A stretch of DNA of 45,805 bases from Catajapyx aquilonaris (taxonomy: Eukaryota). The DNA lies in NCBI GenBank assembly GCA_000934665.2, contig JYFJ02003151.1, positions 1 through 45,805 of the forward strand, written 5' to 3'. Below are positions 12,801 through 27,255 of the stretch, piece by piece (positions within the stretch are counted from its first letter, which is position 1; each line of letters starts with the position of its first letter). The notes under the pieces were generated by a model. The model saw nothing but the letters and a program-made list of their open reading frames with translations, did not search any database and had not been told where the DNA came from. The translations under genes were made by a program, and so were the position numbers.

Positions 12801-15800
12801 AAGGGCTCTGTTCGCTCTAATGGGGTAAAGCTTAATAAAATATTTAAAAACATGTATTATCCTGGTGGTTATGCAACCGTCACCGGTGTGTTGCGGTGAG
12901 GCGTAACTGGCAGGGGCAAATGGTCATCCTACCCGTTTTCGCCCCGTTCCTCATTCACAGCGCTCACTGTTGTTGTTGTATAGTTGTGTAGAAGGAGTTT
13001 ACGAGACGGAGAGGCTGCCAACTAGTCAGTGTCACGAGACAGGGATCAATCAGGATTAACCAGGCCGATCTCTGGGTTGTTGTGGAAGGTGAAGGCTGGT
13101 TCGGAGATTGATTTAATAAACGGTTGGGTTGGTCCCCAAGGGGGTGACGATGGGGGATTAGGTCTGGACTCATGGGGCGCAATTCATCCCAAGTAGCAGC
13201 TGTGGCCAATGCAAGGGGGCCAATATCCAGGCGGCCCACTTTTGCGCAGAGTTGGCAACTTTGGAATTGTGGGGGGGATGGCCCTTGCGCTCGTTAGCTT
13301 GACCTAGGAATAAGTAAGTTTGCTCAGTTGACGTTTTAGGTGGCGAGGTTTCAAGGTTTGCCATTTGCAATGCGCTTATCGGGAAAACTTTTGTTTCAAG
13401 GCTTGGCGCCCGCACACACGGCTCCTTTTTGGCAAGTGGTCATGAAATGTTTTACGACGGTGGACACATCTGGAGTTGCCAGTCATAAACCTGTCGACTA
13501 TTGAGATATGCGGTAACTTATAGGCTAATGCGCTACGTGAGGCATGGCGGCTGGTCTTTTTTGCCCCTTTCCTCTGTTGGCGCTTAGCATTATTTCCGAG
13601 GTCATACCTGCCATCTGTTACACGGGATATATCATACAGTACAAATTGTGTTCCATAACTAAACACATTCATTTTAAAATGCAGACGTCCCATCCCCTTT
13701 TCGCATCCTCGTTTGATTTTGTGTATCGCAGGCTGTTGAATCTGATTGGTTCACGTGTAAATGAAAATTGTGAAGTTTTTCGATCCGGTGCAGTGTAATT
13801 TCGAGCGGTGCGTGCAGACCTGATGCGTTTGTGCCTCGTAGCTCAATTTTGGAAATTACCAGTTTGAGTGCGTATATCGGATAGTAGCAGGTTTGTTTGG
13901 TTTGAATGCTTCACCCGAGTTTGATCCACTTCCCCCGGAAACCCCATAACGGGTTTGAATCGGACGTTACGCAAAATTGGGAGGCTGCGGGCTTTTGGAA
14001 ACTTTTGGGAGAATGATCACCCGGGAGCACTCTGATTCCCGGAATGGTGAAGGGGTTTGGGTGGAAGATCGGGTCTGGTTCAAATTGGCTACAGCTAATC
14101 GGATCGCCGGGAGACAGGATATGTACACAGCGCCATTTTATCCCGCGGATCACTTTCTGGAGGAATGCTCTTCCACCCCCCACTGGCTGCTTATGACAAA
14201 TGGAGGGAATTATGGCTCCTGGCCCCCCTCTACTGCCTCCCTTCCCCCTCTCTCCCATCTCTTCTCCAAGCCTCCCTGTTTCGCCATTCCGACGCCCGAG
14301 CCTCTCGGATATCTCTTGAATCCGACTCTCCAGGCCTGCCAAACAAACTTGGGGAGTCGATACGAACGGAACCAGGTCTAGGGCCTAACCCTGCCTTGCT
14401 TCGAGGAGGAACCAGAACGCAAGAGAAATGCAGATGGTTGAAATGTTAATCAAGTCAATAGTTATGCTACTTGTAAAGTGCAAGGCTTGTTAGGATTCGA
14501 GGCTGGATAGTGTAGTTGAGCTGGGAAAATCATTAAAACAAGAGGGAGGTTCGTCGAATTCAGATTTCATCTGCAGCACTAGAGAGCAACAGCAGCTTGC
14601 CAGTTGCCGAAAATTCTGCTAAAACTCAAGTAGCTTGAGTGCTTAGCTTAAGCTATGGGCCAAGTCTTTTTTTGTGGCTCAGTGGCAATTTCCATGATTT
14701 ATGTCGTCATTTACTAGGTCTATCGGTACAATTCTACAATTTTGGAGATTGGTACTTTGATATCCATTAATGGGGTAGACATTACGTCTCGGTTTTTCTC
14801 CCTCGTTCCCCCCGTTCTTATGCCCAGAGTTAAAACTATATATCATGGGGGAGCATTTCCCCGATATTACTCTCCCGACCCTAACCTTATGCCTGCCCAA
14901 ATACAGCTCCGCCTAAGAGGGGCCTATACGACACATATTTTAAAAACGTGACAGGTCTAAATATCACCTAGTGACAAACACACGCCACGTAAATCACAGT
15001 TTCAATTCTAGGAACATGCCGGCATAAAATTTTAGCTATCGGTTCCTGTTAAACTGATACATTGGCACAGACACAAAAGACTGCGCTTGACAGATGCGCA
15101 TTAGTTTTCCAGAGACTGAAGAAGGCGGGAAAACGAAACAAAAGGCGGTGACGGATACTTCCTCGGGCCTAATTCAATAAGGAAAAGCCGCAATCTCTAC
15201 CGATTCGATTAACTTTTCACTTGGTGTTTGCCCAGCGGTCCGGCCAGAAGTGGATGTGTTTTATGCGGCCAAAGGGAACCTTTTTTCCCCTCCTCCCCCG
15301 TCTCTTTCTTCCTTTTCCTCCTTTCCTCTTCCCCTCTTGGTCCACTTTGGAGATTGCGTTGTCATTGTACGAGATCTGGACTACACGCCCCATTTCGTCC
15401 CTTTTTGAGTTCGTCAGGAGCGGCCGGATCTTGCAATTGCAGGAACTAATAAGACCGAAATGGACTCTGGAATTGCAAAGGAGGAAGAGACGATGCGGTG
15501 TGTTCCTATAGAGGTGGTACCACCTACAGTGCTGGAATTGGTCCTCAATTTTTGTCGCTTGCAATATAACCTTTTTTTTTTCGAGAATGGATACTGCTGA
15601 ATTTCTCATAACGACCATGATAGTATGGTAACAGTTATAGCTGGGAACGCTTGTCTGCCATTTGAGCGTCATGCAGTGCATGTTAAAGCTTGGGCGCGAA
15701 TTTCTTTCAGCCAGCCACTGGTTTTGTACCTGCCAATCTGGATTTTAGAAGCAAATTGCATTCTCCTAAAAAAAAATGTCCATTCCACGGGGGAGTATTG

Positions 15801-16357
15801 ACCAGTCCCCAAGGCGCAAAAGCAGAGCAATATTGGTTGGAACACCTTTACGACCGGATGGCTTTACGTTGTACTGCACTTTGACGCGTTTTATGGGATT
15901 ATGGCTCATCCCAGTTAGGGTGGGTATAAGGAAGGAAAAAGAAAATCTGTCCCAAGATAAGGAGAAGGCTGTGGGGAGAAGTGCTTTTTGCCGTCCCCGA
16001 GTGGGATTCTGATCTATATAGGAAAGCGCGTGCTTCTACTGCTTGTTCCATGGTTTCTGAAGGGGAAATTTTCCGGAAGAGACATTTTCTACTTACAAGT
16101 GGCAAGGAACGTTGCTTATCACGCATTCGTGAGGTTTGTTTCCTCCGACTCTATAGACTGCCTGATGAAGCGAGACTCCCCGAACTGACGGAAATGTATG
16201 AAAGGCGAGAGCAGGTCGTGATGAACGCTGAAGATAACGAGCACTCCGAACGTGATTTGTCGAGTCAATCTATGAGCTGCTCTATCTATATGTGATCTTG
16301 GGAAATGCGAATCGAAATCAACATGACTTCAGTTTGCATGCGATGGAAATATATGTA

Positions 16358-16504
16358 CTATCGGTCTCAATTAGTTCCAGCCACTTTATCCTGGTCTTGA
16401 AGCAACCCTTCCCACGCACCCACACACACTCCTCACCGTGGGGCCTGTGCGAAGGGTTGCTTCAAGATCAGGATAAAGTGGCCGAAACTAATTGAGACCG
16501 ATAG
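16358..16504. mobile_element. Fold-back / MITE-like element with 58-bp inverted arms
   Basis: 16358-16415 is the reverse complement of 16447-16504 with 4 mismatches and a 31-nt spacer. TA at 16359-16360 and 16502-16503 could be a target-site duplication. Confidence 0.7.
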
Positions 16505-19500
16505 ACATTGAGTACTGTGAATATGCTAGCTAATGACAATCGCCAATATTGTAAGTTAGACTGGACATGCCAGCGTTGTTGTTAAAATGACAAATACGCT
16601 GTGTCTTGCTGCTGTTGTGATTGCCATCTTAGACCCCCCTGCAGACCAATAAATTTGGGCTAGTGGAGGGTATCCCCCGGATCAGGTGCTACAGTACTCG
16701 GAACTGGACGATTAGCACGATTAGTTGCGCGCGACAACAGATGAGCAATCTCTATGGGGCTGATCCTGATGGACGTATTAAGCGTATATTGTGCCATAAA
16801 TTGTACAAACGGTCCATAATAGTGAAGGGGGAGAAGGTGCGTATATGGGAGCTGTAGAGGGGGGTGAAAGGTGGTATAAAATATGTGGTGGGCAAGGGTC
16901 CGGAATGGAACGCAGGCTAACTGGCGGGATTGCTGGGCCATGATGCCTTTCGAAAATGCGCACCCCCCCCCCCCCCCCCCCNCCCCGCGTGAGGGAGGAG
17001 GGAGGTAGGATTGCCTCCCATCCCCGCCTCCGTCCGACTCATGTCAACATTTGCTCTCCGCCTCACGTCCAGTACACACCAGATCAAAGTCGAGTAATCC
17101 AGACATTCCGACTACGGACCCTCTTCCATCCGGATGCTCTGCAAACAGCTCCTAGGGATGGGTTTTGAATTTCATTAGGCCAGAAGGAAGGAATCGTCCC
17201 GTAACCCTCAACCTCGACCCTCTCCACCCCCCGAGCTCTGTCTTGTGCACTCGGAGTCGTGCACAAGACAAGTCGCATTTATGTACCGTAGCGGGCGTGG
17301 GAATACTGGGAAGATGGTAGTTGACTATATTCCTCCAGCAGTGGCGTCGCAGATGTTGCGTGACAAGGCATGGCTGTTCCAAGAGGCGAGAGCAGTACAG
17401 ATAATAATTTTGATGTTTATTTTGTCATTATTTTAGACAGTTTCTGATTTTTTCAGTTGCATATTAAAAGTAGGTAGGCTACACCTGCCCATTATTTTCG
17501 CTGACATGTTTAATATCGTGCAAGGCTACGTAATATGACAAATACATTAGTCCAGTTCGTTATCTGGGACACCCTGTACACTTACATTTCTATAGTCGCC
17601 ACCATCAGATAACACTGCAGATGGAAAGCGTAACACGAAGGACTACTTTGTATGAAACGTTGGGGCGTCAAAACAGATTGTAAAACAGCGTGGATTGTTG
17701 GCGGTCATGAATCGCGTCCACTCCCAATTTCCCTGATGGGCCTCTATTTTGAGCTGTGTCAGTGTCCCTTTTCCCCTGGATTATTGATGATGTGACCCCC
17801 ACCACCATCCGGGTCCTTTTCACGTGGAGCACTACACACATTCCTGGGGGCGAGAGAGTGAGAGGGGGGTCCAGCCTGTAATTTGGAGCCCCCCCCCCCC
17901 ACACTTCCCCCTTTCCACACGATTACGACCCGCTTGGATTGCCTCATAATTGCTACTGTCCAGGATGGGGCAATTGATGTCCTATTCTTCAGATGTGCAG
18001 GAAGATTAATAGGGGACGAGGGGGAGACATGGGATTGGGATTGAAACAGGTGGGATCTCAATTTTTAAAGCAACGTGCGTGTCATGCTCTGGACCTGTAA
18101 TTTCCAGGCCCACGACCATTTGTCACTTGTCCGGAACGGGATTATGGATGGCCATTTGTTGTTATTTTCTAATACTCGAAGAGAAAGGCTTGTTGAATAG
18201 GTATAGGCATTTTATTGTCTGCAAATAACTGCATTTGTCTTCTAAACCAGTGAGGGAATAAATAAGCGAAATTTAGGTCTTTTCCAACAGATGGCGTCTA
18301 GTTTTGAAGACCAACATGGCCTCCGCGCGTAACCCTGCGTGAAAAGCGTGCTGTAAGGTGCTGATAAGAGCAGCTCTTATTGTGGCCACCCTAAGATGCA
18401 CTGCATTGAAATTTTGGCGCAGGAGGGGAAAAATTTGAGGGGAGATGATCCATTTTTTCCCGCTGTAATCAGTTGCGAACCCAGCCACCATAATTATTAT
18501 GGAACCACACGAACGCAGGATTAAATCCAGCGTCCCAAAGCTTTATCGATGGTATGATGGACGCGTTATGTGCTTGGCTGGACGGGAAACGCGTGTAAAA
18601 ATGTGTTGTCCAAGAAAGTTCATTTGTTTCCTTCCCTTTTAGAAACCTAAAAAAGGGGGGGAGAGAATGGCTGTGGTGAGAGGGGAACAGAATGAGCCTT
18701 CGGGAAGCACGTGCCGTACACGGTGCGGACTTGTAATAGTCTTTCTGACCTAAGGGAGTTCTGGGTCATCCACAGCTCCTTCGAACTTTCCAACTTAAGG
18801 GCCCGCAGGATGGGTTATTAATTCAGATTTTGGAATTTTGAAACTGAAGAAAAAGTTTAGTATGGAACATCCGTAACGCTTGAGGGGTCCTCGGAACGAG
18901 AGGAGTTTTGTGCCAACTCCATTCAACCCGGCCTGCGTGAGGTCGCCAAAATCGCCACAGAAGCGATGTAGCTGCATGGAAAACACTGGCGTCGATGTAT
19001 AGAAAAAAAAGGCAGTATCTGATACACGTGCCTGAGGCGTAGTTTCGTGTCAAACGCTGTTATCTGCATGGTAATTTAGTTGTTCACATCCAAGTGGGGA
19101 ACTTTTTTGTGGAGTTAGAAGATGGTTTATCATGTGGGCGCTTTTTAAAAAATCTGGCAGAATCCCTTTTCGGCAAGTGTGTGCCCTGATATGCAAATTA
19201 TAGCCCTAGAATGGTGACCGCAGCCAGGAAAGTTTGGAGTCTTAAGTCACGGAAGGGCTATTATCAGCACCGGCCATTTGTGGTTCTCGGTATAATTCCC
19301 GTCTTTTGGAAACAATGGTACCGAGCACAAAAGATCGATACCATTTTTGTGCGGAGCCTCATTGTACAAGAGACATAACTCCGAGAACCGGTGGAGCGCT
19401 GGAAGGATCAATTCGGTGGAAAATGTAGCTAAAAACCTTCCCTCCACAGCATGGGAGTCGCATCTCATCCGTTTGCAGTGCCAAGAAGTCGATTTGTGGC

Positions 19501-22500
19501 CCGGGAGGCGAGTCTAGGAGAGTGCGGGGAATTCCCGTGCTACTCCTTTTACTTGAACCATCCATCTATGGGCGCCGTAGGAGGTGGGGGGGATACATGA
19601 GCCCAGAGGTTACGGGTTCCTGAAGACAAGAGGGGCAAAAAAAAAGACGGTTTTCCCCTGTTTACAAATCATCCGTGCCCATTCGAAACGTCATCGTCAG
19701 CTTCGGAAGGCGCCACGTGCTGCGGAGGCCATTTGGCACAGTGGTCGTCGCGCCGGAACCAGCATTATTGTCCCCACGGTCCTATTCTTCATCTCACCAC
19801 TCTTATGGACAAGTCGGGCCTAACCAAAAGTATCTGTGCAACGCTGTATTTGCTGGAGCCAGTCGCAACCCAAGGCCGATTTGCCGGCGGAACTGCGGAT
19901 TGGTTGGATGCTGGGCGTCGCCCCACAGATTGGTGAGAGTCACCGCGGCGTTGCAAGTTGTAGTTCCACTCACTGGTGAAAAGTCATCAATTGTTGCATC
20001 CGTCACAATGGATTTAGCTGTCACACACCCGATTGAGAAGCGTTGGTTCGATCTCTCACGTTGATGGCGTTACTAATCGCTTCCTTTTGGGAGGGGCCGA
20101 AGGAAAAGACGCCATGTCAGCCTGGCAGCATCCATTAGGCGCCTTTTCTTAGGGAGGGGTTCCTCCTAGGCTGAGGGGAAACTCTGGAGAAGCATGCATG
20201 CCGAAGAAATTTAATTACCCATCGCCGGAAGGAGGGATTTAGTTCGCCCCTCCTGTTTTAGATTTTGGTCAGCCAGAGTAATAAAATATCCAAGGCATCA
20301 GGGGAGGGAGAAAAAGCAACGGAAAGCCTCGGCCTCTTTGTCGGCTATACCGTTGCTGTCACAGTGGTGCTTCCGAACAATCGTATTCGCAGTCATGCGT
20401 GCGTGCGTAGGGATATCTTGCAAGTTATCCGCAAATTCCCCGAATTATGCATCGACAGATGAATTATTAATATTGGCCCGCTGGGTGATTAACAGACATG
20501 AGTATTAATTAATGCGGATGAGTGTCGGATTAATGCCAGAGAAGTTCCATCGCATCAACACATCTGTTTACGTTTGGAACACCCGGACATAACAATAATG
20601 CCCAAATTCACTGTAGTTGCAAATGTACCTAGAATTGGTGCAAAATTGGCCGCACGTGCTGGAGCAATTTGCAGGTTTCCAACGCACAATGCAGCAGTGG
20701 GAGTGCTGGAAATCGTACAGTACACACGCCCTTAGGGCGACTGCATTGTGTGATAAGCTACATTACGAACGACGTTAATGCGAATTTGAGAGAAACGGAG
20801 TTGTAGTGTTGGGGGCCGCAAGGAAAGGGGTGCGCTAATGGATTTTCAGTACACTGGCTTTGTCACACGCGCGTAATAAACGAGTGGTGCTGACTTTATG
20901 ACCATTTGTCACCAGGGTGCTCCTGCAATAATACGAGCGCGCATAAATTAGCGTTATTTAATAATTAATTAATATTATACTATGCTATATTGATGCTGGA
21001 AATCGTTGTGGCGGGCGGTTGTTTTCCTGCTGCTGATGCTTCTGCTGCTGCAAGGGGCAAACGATGATGAACGAGGTTTGCGAAAATTTGCGTGTGGTTG
21101 GCAGGACTGGGTCGGGCGCCGTCACGTCGCAATTGGCCCTGGGTGGTCGTCGTCTACGACGTCGCTCGTAAAGAGAAGAGAACTGCAGGTGACCGCCGCG
21201 GCATATTGAGGGAGGGAGGGAGGGTTGCTGGGAGAGACACACACAAGACTATATAAAGGCCCATGGCGCCACTGAAGTCGTTGAGAAAGACGCCCCCTCC
21301 TGGGCTCCCCGCGGCTCCACCCCCCTTCCAAAAATGGCCAGGCCTCTGTCTTGTGTTATCCAGAACAGCCAAAGCCCAAGGCCAAACCTGCGCATCCCTA
21401 TTCCAAAACAGCCGGCGTAATATGCACTGAAAGCGGTAGTTTAGCGCGGTTATGACAGGAGACGTTGTCTTTAAAAGGATATTTTGCGTGAGGATGAATA
21501 TTTTTCCGGTGCGAAATCCGGGAGGCGCAGTTACGAGTCGGACGTATGGTGATTATTTCGGGTGTCTCCGGGAGGGATTGGGCGTAATGGTCACTTTAGA
21601 TTTGGGTAAGGAAAATGGTTTCCGGGAATGGTTGCGAGAATGCATGTCTCAGGAGCTGTAACGCGGTTCATTCGGAGTTTGGGCGATTACAGATAGGCAT
21701 CTGAAATATAGCTCATTCAATTTGACTGGAAGGGTTCGGGTTTCCATTTTGATACTCGGTCCTGGGTAAATTAAAATGACGGAGGCAATACTGTAAAGCG
21801 GGCTTAATAAAACATTATGTTGGCTCATTGGTATCTACCAAATTGGTTAGATGCTTAATGAAGTCTGAACTAACGTTGCAATATTCATGGAGCAGCGTAC
21901 TGCTGTGTGTGATAGACCTGTCCAAGACAGGCTCAGGTATAAAGGAAAGTTTCAATGGAACATCATTTGTGACAGCGGCTAATGCAAAAATCTGCGTTGA
22001 AGGGACCAAATTTATGTCTTTATGTTGCTATGGGCATGATATCAGAGGACATGTTATTCTGCCTGATCCAACATTTTCTTGCGTCTATACAGTCTTTTGT
22101 TTCTTGCTGCTAATTTTTAGAGGTCCTTTCTCACAGGACAGTTCGGGGAAATCAACAGGTACGCGACTCATCTCTCCCTTTTGTCTGATTCTGGACAACC
22201 ATTTTTAACAAAATGCTGTCCATTCCATATGTCTAGCATGCGAACATTCCCATCATCAGTGTAATCATGTAATGTAACACAATTGAACTGCGATTAGTGA
22301 CCGAAATATCCAGCACATATAGAGCGCTGATGCCTCTTGTTTTCTGAGCTGATTGTTCCCCCTGTTCATATACCCTGGAAGTAAATCTTTGGTCCTGGGC
22401 AGAAACTGGCCGTCGCCAGCTAATGCGCAAAGAGCAGCGTTTACAAAGTTGGGTTGCGCCTTGTTGTGGGCCAGGGAAGGAAACAAGGCCGGAGAATTCT

Positions 22501-25500
22501 GGCCACAGGAAGCACCCCCGAGTCTTTGAAAAGGGAGATTTACACAGCCCAAGCCTGAGAGAAAGGATCTGTCGACAAAAGAGGGGCGTAGATGCAAATT
22601 CGTCGCTAATTCCGAGCGCTTTTGGCTGGCCTTGCCTGCCTGCCTGCTTTCCCTCGATGCCGAGAACCCAGTCCCTTGATTTATACTATCAACGGCTCTG
22701 GTTTCAGAATATAATTACACCCCCCAGCCTTTCCCTTCAACCCCTCCCTCCCTCCCTACCCCACAATCCAGTCTCTGAGCTTTTCTCTTGTGTGTGACTA
22801 CACGAATTGTTCCGTCGGGCTTGCCTTGGTTTTGAGGCTTGGGGTAAGTTTCCAAGACGGAGCTTGTCTTGGCAGCCATGAAATTTAATATGAGTGGAAT
22901 CAACATTGGGCGTTGATTATTGCGAGCTTATATTCCGGGGCGCCTGGTTGAGTGTCGCTTTTCCAGCCCCCAGACCTTGCCTCGCCGGCTGTTGAGTTAT
23001 GGCCAGCCATGGGAATAGGCGCATAGAAGGGAGGTTTTGTTGGCGACTCTGAATTAAACGGACTGGGTTGATAATGCTTGCGGTTTTGAAATCGCTGGGA
23101 GGGAAAAAAGGCGGGCGCTGCTGGAAGAAATTATTATTTCGGGGAAAAGCCAACGACAGGACCGTTGCCAACCAAGATAAAAAGAGGATAATGGGGGATG
23201 TAATTTCCTGGGTAGGACATTTTGAGCGATACTAATTTGTAGTTTATGCCGAGCCATCTTGAGAGGGAGGAAGGAGGATAGGAAAAGGATCAGAGCGGGA
23301 TTCATCAGGAGCCAGTCGTGTAATCTAGCACGGCCTAATTAGAGCTCCCAGAATCACCCTCTTTACTTTTGGCCTTCCCGTCGCATCCTTGAAGCACGGC
23401 AACCCATGTTGCTTTCAGGCCCGCCGGGCGGTGTGCTTACCAGGCGGTGATATGACCTGAACTTCATGCATGTTGTGCGACTTGGATACAATTTGCTGGA
23501 TGTGCAGTACAGAAACTGTTAGGAAAATAAATTATTTTCTAATTGCTAATTGGGCCGTTGTGTACTGGCCGGGAAGGGCGTCCTTTGACGATACGCAGCG
23601 GTTGAGGCCTGCTGGTCCAAATAAGCTCCCAGGGCAGTGCAACGACCGTTTTTTGTGTGTCCACTGCTGGCCCCACAAAGAATGGCCGGAACAACCTAGA
23701 ATTACACTAACTGTGTCCTGCGCCTATTTCCACTTCCATTTCTGCGGGGGATGATGCTCCCCAGGGTCCTGTGAAAAGGAGGCTGAGGATCGACGTTCTA
23801 CCTCCCTCACCACCACCCCCCCCCCTCCCTTCACCTTCCCTCCCTCCCCCATTTGACGCTGACAAATCGACGTCGACCGCACTCCCCATTCCCTCTCTTA
23901 GCCTGAGGACGCTTCTATGGGTATATGCCGATTGTTTTCCACAGCCCGAGCACACCGCTCGCTCTCCAGGCATGGAAATAACTGCTTTCTATTCCACTCG
24001 AATTGAGAGGGAACCTATCTGTGAACTCGGAGCGCACCCAATGAAACGGATTGTCATCGTTGCTGCACGGCTCCTTTCAGTTACTTTTTTTTTTATTCGC
24101 CCATTTAATATTTAGTCTTCATTATGAACAGTGCGAGGAGGCAATATCAACCGCATTAGTGTGGCAGGTTTTAATGGCGTGGGCGACCTCTCCTGGGCTC
24201 TCTCGTAAAAAAAATGTTATTGCGTGTATAACAGGCGTGAACATGGGTCTCGCCTTTTGTGGTCAGGTAGTGTGTTCAGGATTATTTGGACTCCTGGGGG
24301 GGTCTAACGTAATTATGTGTGTTGAGGGTGTCTGTGTTGAATCAAGGGGGCCGAATGTTTGAGCTAGTTCAGCAATATTATTTAACCCGACTGTTTCAAT
24401 GACGAAGTGTGTGTGCTTGCAACAACAGGGTGCTTTTGTCACCCGCATGACGGCACGTCAGGGCCAGCGGCTATGCTATTGAATTTCGCATATTTTGGCA
24501 ATTTGGGCACCAAAGTAAACAGCCCGGCTCGGAGGGGATTATTGTTTTGATATGAATAATATTGCACAGCGATGGGGAGGGGGTGGAAGGACCACATGTT
24601 GGCCAATTGCATAATGTAATATCGGTGTTCCTAAATTATTGATACCAATTAACACAAAGAACACTAATAGTTATGGCTGTACAGCACAATATATTGCGTT
24701 GCTGCTACACCATGTTCGATTCGGCTTCCCAGCGTTTGCTCGTCAGTCGACAACCAGCAAACCTCCCGAGTGCATGTACATTTTAATCCCCATGATTAGG
24801 TTTTGACAAAGGTAGGCATTGAGCCTCCAGTTCTGGCGCTTCATTGAGCTTTTGCTCTCATTGGGAGGGAGGGTTTTGCGGTGGGTAGCGACGCTTAATC
24901 TCCATTAAAAGGGCATGGATGATGGAGTGTACGGCCCTGTCTGGCGGGCGTTAATCAGCGACTGGCGGGGAGTCATCAGGCGGGCCATGCATCACTGTCC
25001 CTCCGCCCGATGCGGCCCACCAACCTGGCGGTCCAGCTCTGATAAGGAGAGGACGCTTGCCTCTGATGGGGCTTCTCATCAGCAGGACTGGGGCTTCCTC
25101 ACCAAAAGGATCCAAAATTGCTGGCTGGACTAAGATGGGGTGGAAGGGTGGGACAGGCTATAGGGTGGGGTTGGGTGGATACCTTTTTAAGAGCCCCCTT
25201 TCGCGACATTGTCCCGGAATTAGATGGCCCCGGTTTATCTGTGCCGCACTTTCAGGAGTAATTAGTTCCCCTCCTCTTGGGTTTATCGGACTTCATCCGA
25301 GGACACGGCAATTCAAGTAGTCACTACAGGATGGGGGGTTGAGGGAGGAAGGGGGCACTGCCCTCTCGATTAAACATTTCAGGACCCCTGTCTCCATCAC
25401 TTGATGCTTTTCTGGGAGTCCATCACGTCCTTTGCTCGTAGTTCCAGAAACGGAGTTTATTGCCTTGTTAATTCGTTTCGTCGTGTTGGGTTTTTTCTAG

Positions 25501-27115
25501 AGGCGTCAAAGGAACAATGAGGATAAGAATTTTTTTGTAACGTTCCTCCCCATGGTGCCACGGCCATGGAACGACGTTGGAATTGAGGTTTAAAGGCCTG
25601 CTTTATACTTGTATGACATCCTGAAGTCCAATATCATTTCTAGCCAGCTCGGGGGAATTTTTTCTCCGGGAGCCCTAGGGACGGCTAAGTCAATGGGAGG
25701 AAATGGAGAAGGGCCTGTCAGAAAAGTCGACTCTCTTGCAATGTCCTAAGTGTGCTCGGAAATTGCTGAGGAGACAGCTTTTTTCTTCTTCCTCCTCCTC
25801 CTCCCTATAACTTTTTTCCTCCGTCTTGAAAGTTTCTTCTCCCCTCATGGTCAAGGTGGCGTAGGATTTTCATCCTACATCCTTGGTTGTTGATCAGATG
25901 GCAAGGATTTCTGGGAAGGAAAGAAAAAAAGACAAATGGACCATTCCAATCCTCGCCCTTCTCCGCCTCCCCAGTTCGCGCCAGCATGTCTGATGATGGC
26001 CGACACCACCCAAAAAGGCTTCTCTCCGGATCCGGGATGAGATTGAATCCGTAGAGGAAGGCAGATCCAGCAAACACATTTTTCGGCCAATTTGATCGGA
26101 TCTAGGGACCGGACTGGTGTGTTTTTGCAGGGGGACCAGCCGCCTGGAACTGGCTGGACCTCCTTATCTGTTCAAACACACCGCTGACTCTCCCTCCGCC
26201 CTTTGCCACACTATTTTAGGCCGAGGGATGCCGGTTATGGCGGTCGTAATCTCAAGGCGTTCGAGCAACTCGTCGCGTGATTGGTTGAAGCCAGCCTGTG
26301 ACACGTCGCATGAATGGTTAACGCCGTGAGACGCGCCATGTGAATGGTGGAAGCCAGCATATTACGTTAGTGATTGGTTGAAAGACTATATGATCCACGT
26401 TTCTTGGGTAATTAGTTCCTCGATTCAAACAGTTAGTCCTGGGTTTTTTTTTTGATGCAGAGGCGGCCTCTGCTGTCAGATCCATTACGTGATGGTTAGG
26501 AGACGTAGCCACGAGGCGTGACAGTTTTGGCTGGGGCGGGAAGGGAGGGAAAAAGTTAATCCGTGTCCAAGCTACTGCAATTGGCCGTGAGCATCTGAAA
26601 GGGACACCTGTCACATTTTTCACCGCTATAGACTCCGCTGGTGGAGTTATTTGTCACCGGGTCACTGGACCATAGTCGAGCTCAACTCTGGCAATCTCAT
26701 TACCATTGTGCGAATTTTAATTCAATTCCGGAATTTTCATGCAATCCGGATATTCAGTAAGGCGCCTTGGCGCCTGCCTTCCCCTGGATGACTTCTCCCC
26801 GAGAAGATTATCGAATCGTTTCCGCTCTCCTGCCCCCTTATATGAACACTATCTTCGGTGCTGAGACACCGAGTTCCCTACATAAAAGTGGCCTGATGGC
26901 GACTTGGGGAAGCGGAATATCAGGCCGTCTTTTGTGGTTCTGATGGACATGGAAAGCTGGTAATGGCCTCTAAGCTGCTTATCTGGACAGGAGCGCGTCC
27001 CGAAACAAAACACGGACTGCGATTAGGAACTTGGCCGGTGTTATGAGTCGGTGCCAGGCACCAATTACGGAAGTTGCTGTTCTCATTACATGTGCTGTTC
27101 TTTTCTTGTCCGCAG

Positions 27116-27255
27116 AGGGAGCCGGAGTGCATGGAGCGGGACGTGGAGCGAGAGAGAAGATTGCGGAGCGAGTCGGAAGGTCGTCTGCGACTTATGACCT
27201 CCGAGACGGAGCGGTACCGCTGCAGACTCTCACACCTCCAGCAGGAGCTGTCCAA
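27116..27255 (+). CDS. NCKAP5: NCKAP5-like exon B (coiled coil)
   Basis: ttttcttgtccgcAG acceptor, GTAAGC donor at 27256; phase 0/2. Encodes REPECMERDVERERRLRSESEGRLRLMTSETERYRCRLSHLQQELS(K). Confidence 0.88.

Noticed and set aside
16963..16986. Long poly-C tract containing an N
   Set aside because: Low-complexity homopolymer with an ambiguous base; probably a sequencing difficulty, not a feature.
17560..17578. Tc1/mariner-like terminal motif (gggacaccctgta; similar tacaggg motifs near 1184 and 30154)
   Set aside because: No matching partner TIR or internal transposase found; too short to call an element.
21006..21260. Signal-peptide-like ORF (WRAVVFLLLMLLLLQG...KRR) and a nearby TATATAAAG at 21250
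   Set aside because: The ORF starts at TTG and its Leu run comes from a CTG repeat. The TATA box lies downstream of it and has no clear initiator.
21968..21981. 14-nt match to the 3' part of miR-210 (tgtgacagcggcta)
   Set aside because: The seed region does not match and no supporting hairpin is evident.
524..27073. Numerous 60-177 aa ORFs in the large intron (e.g. 1325-1858, 3633-4145, 13911-14342, 15217-15681)
   Set aside because: No recognisable domains, low-complexity composition, many TTG/GTG starts and overlap on both strands; expected by chance.
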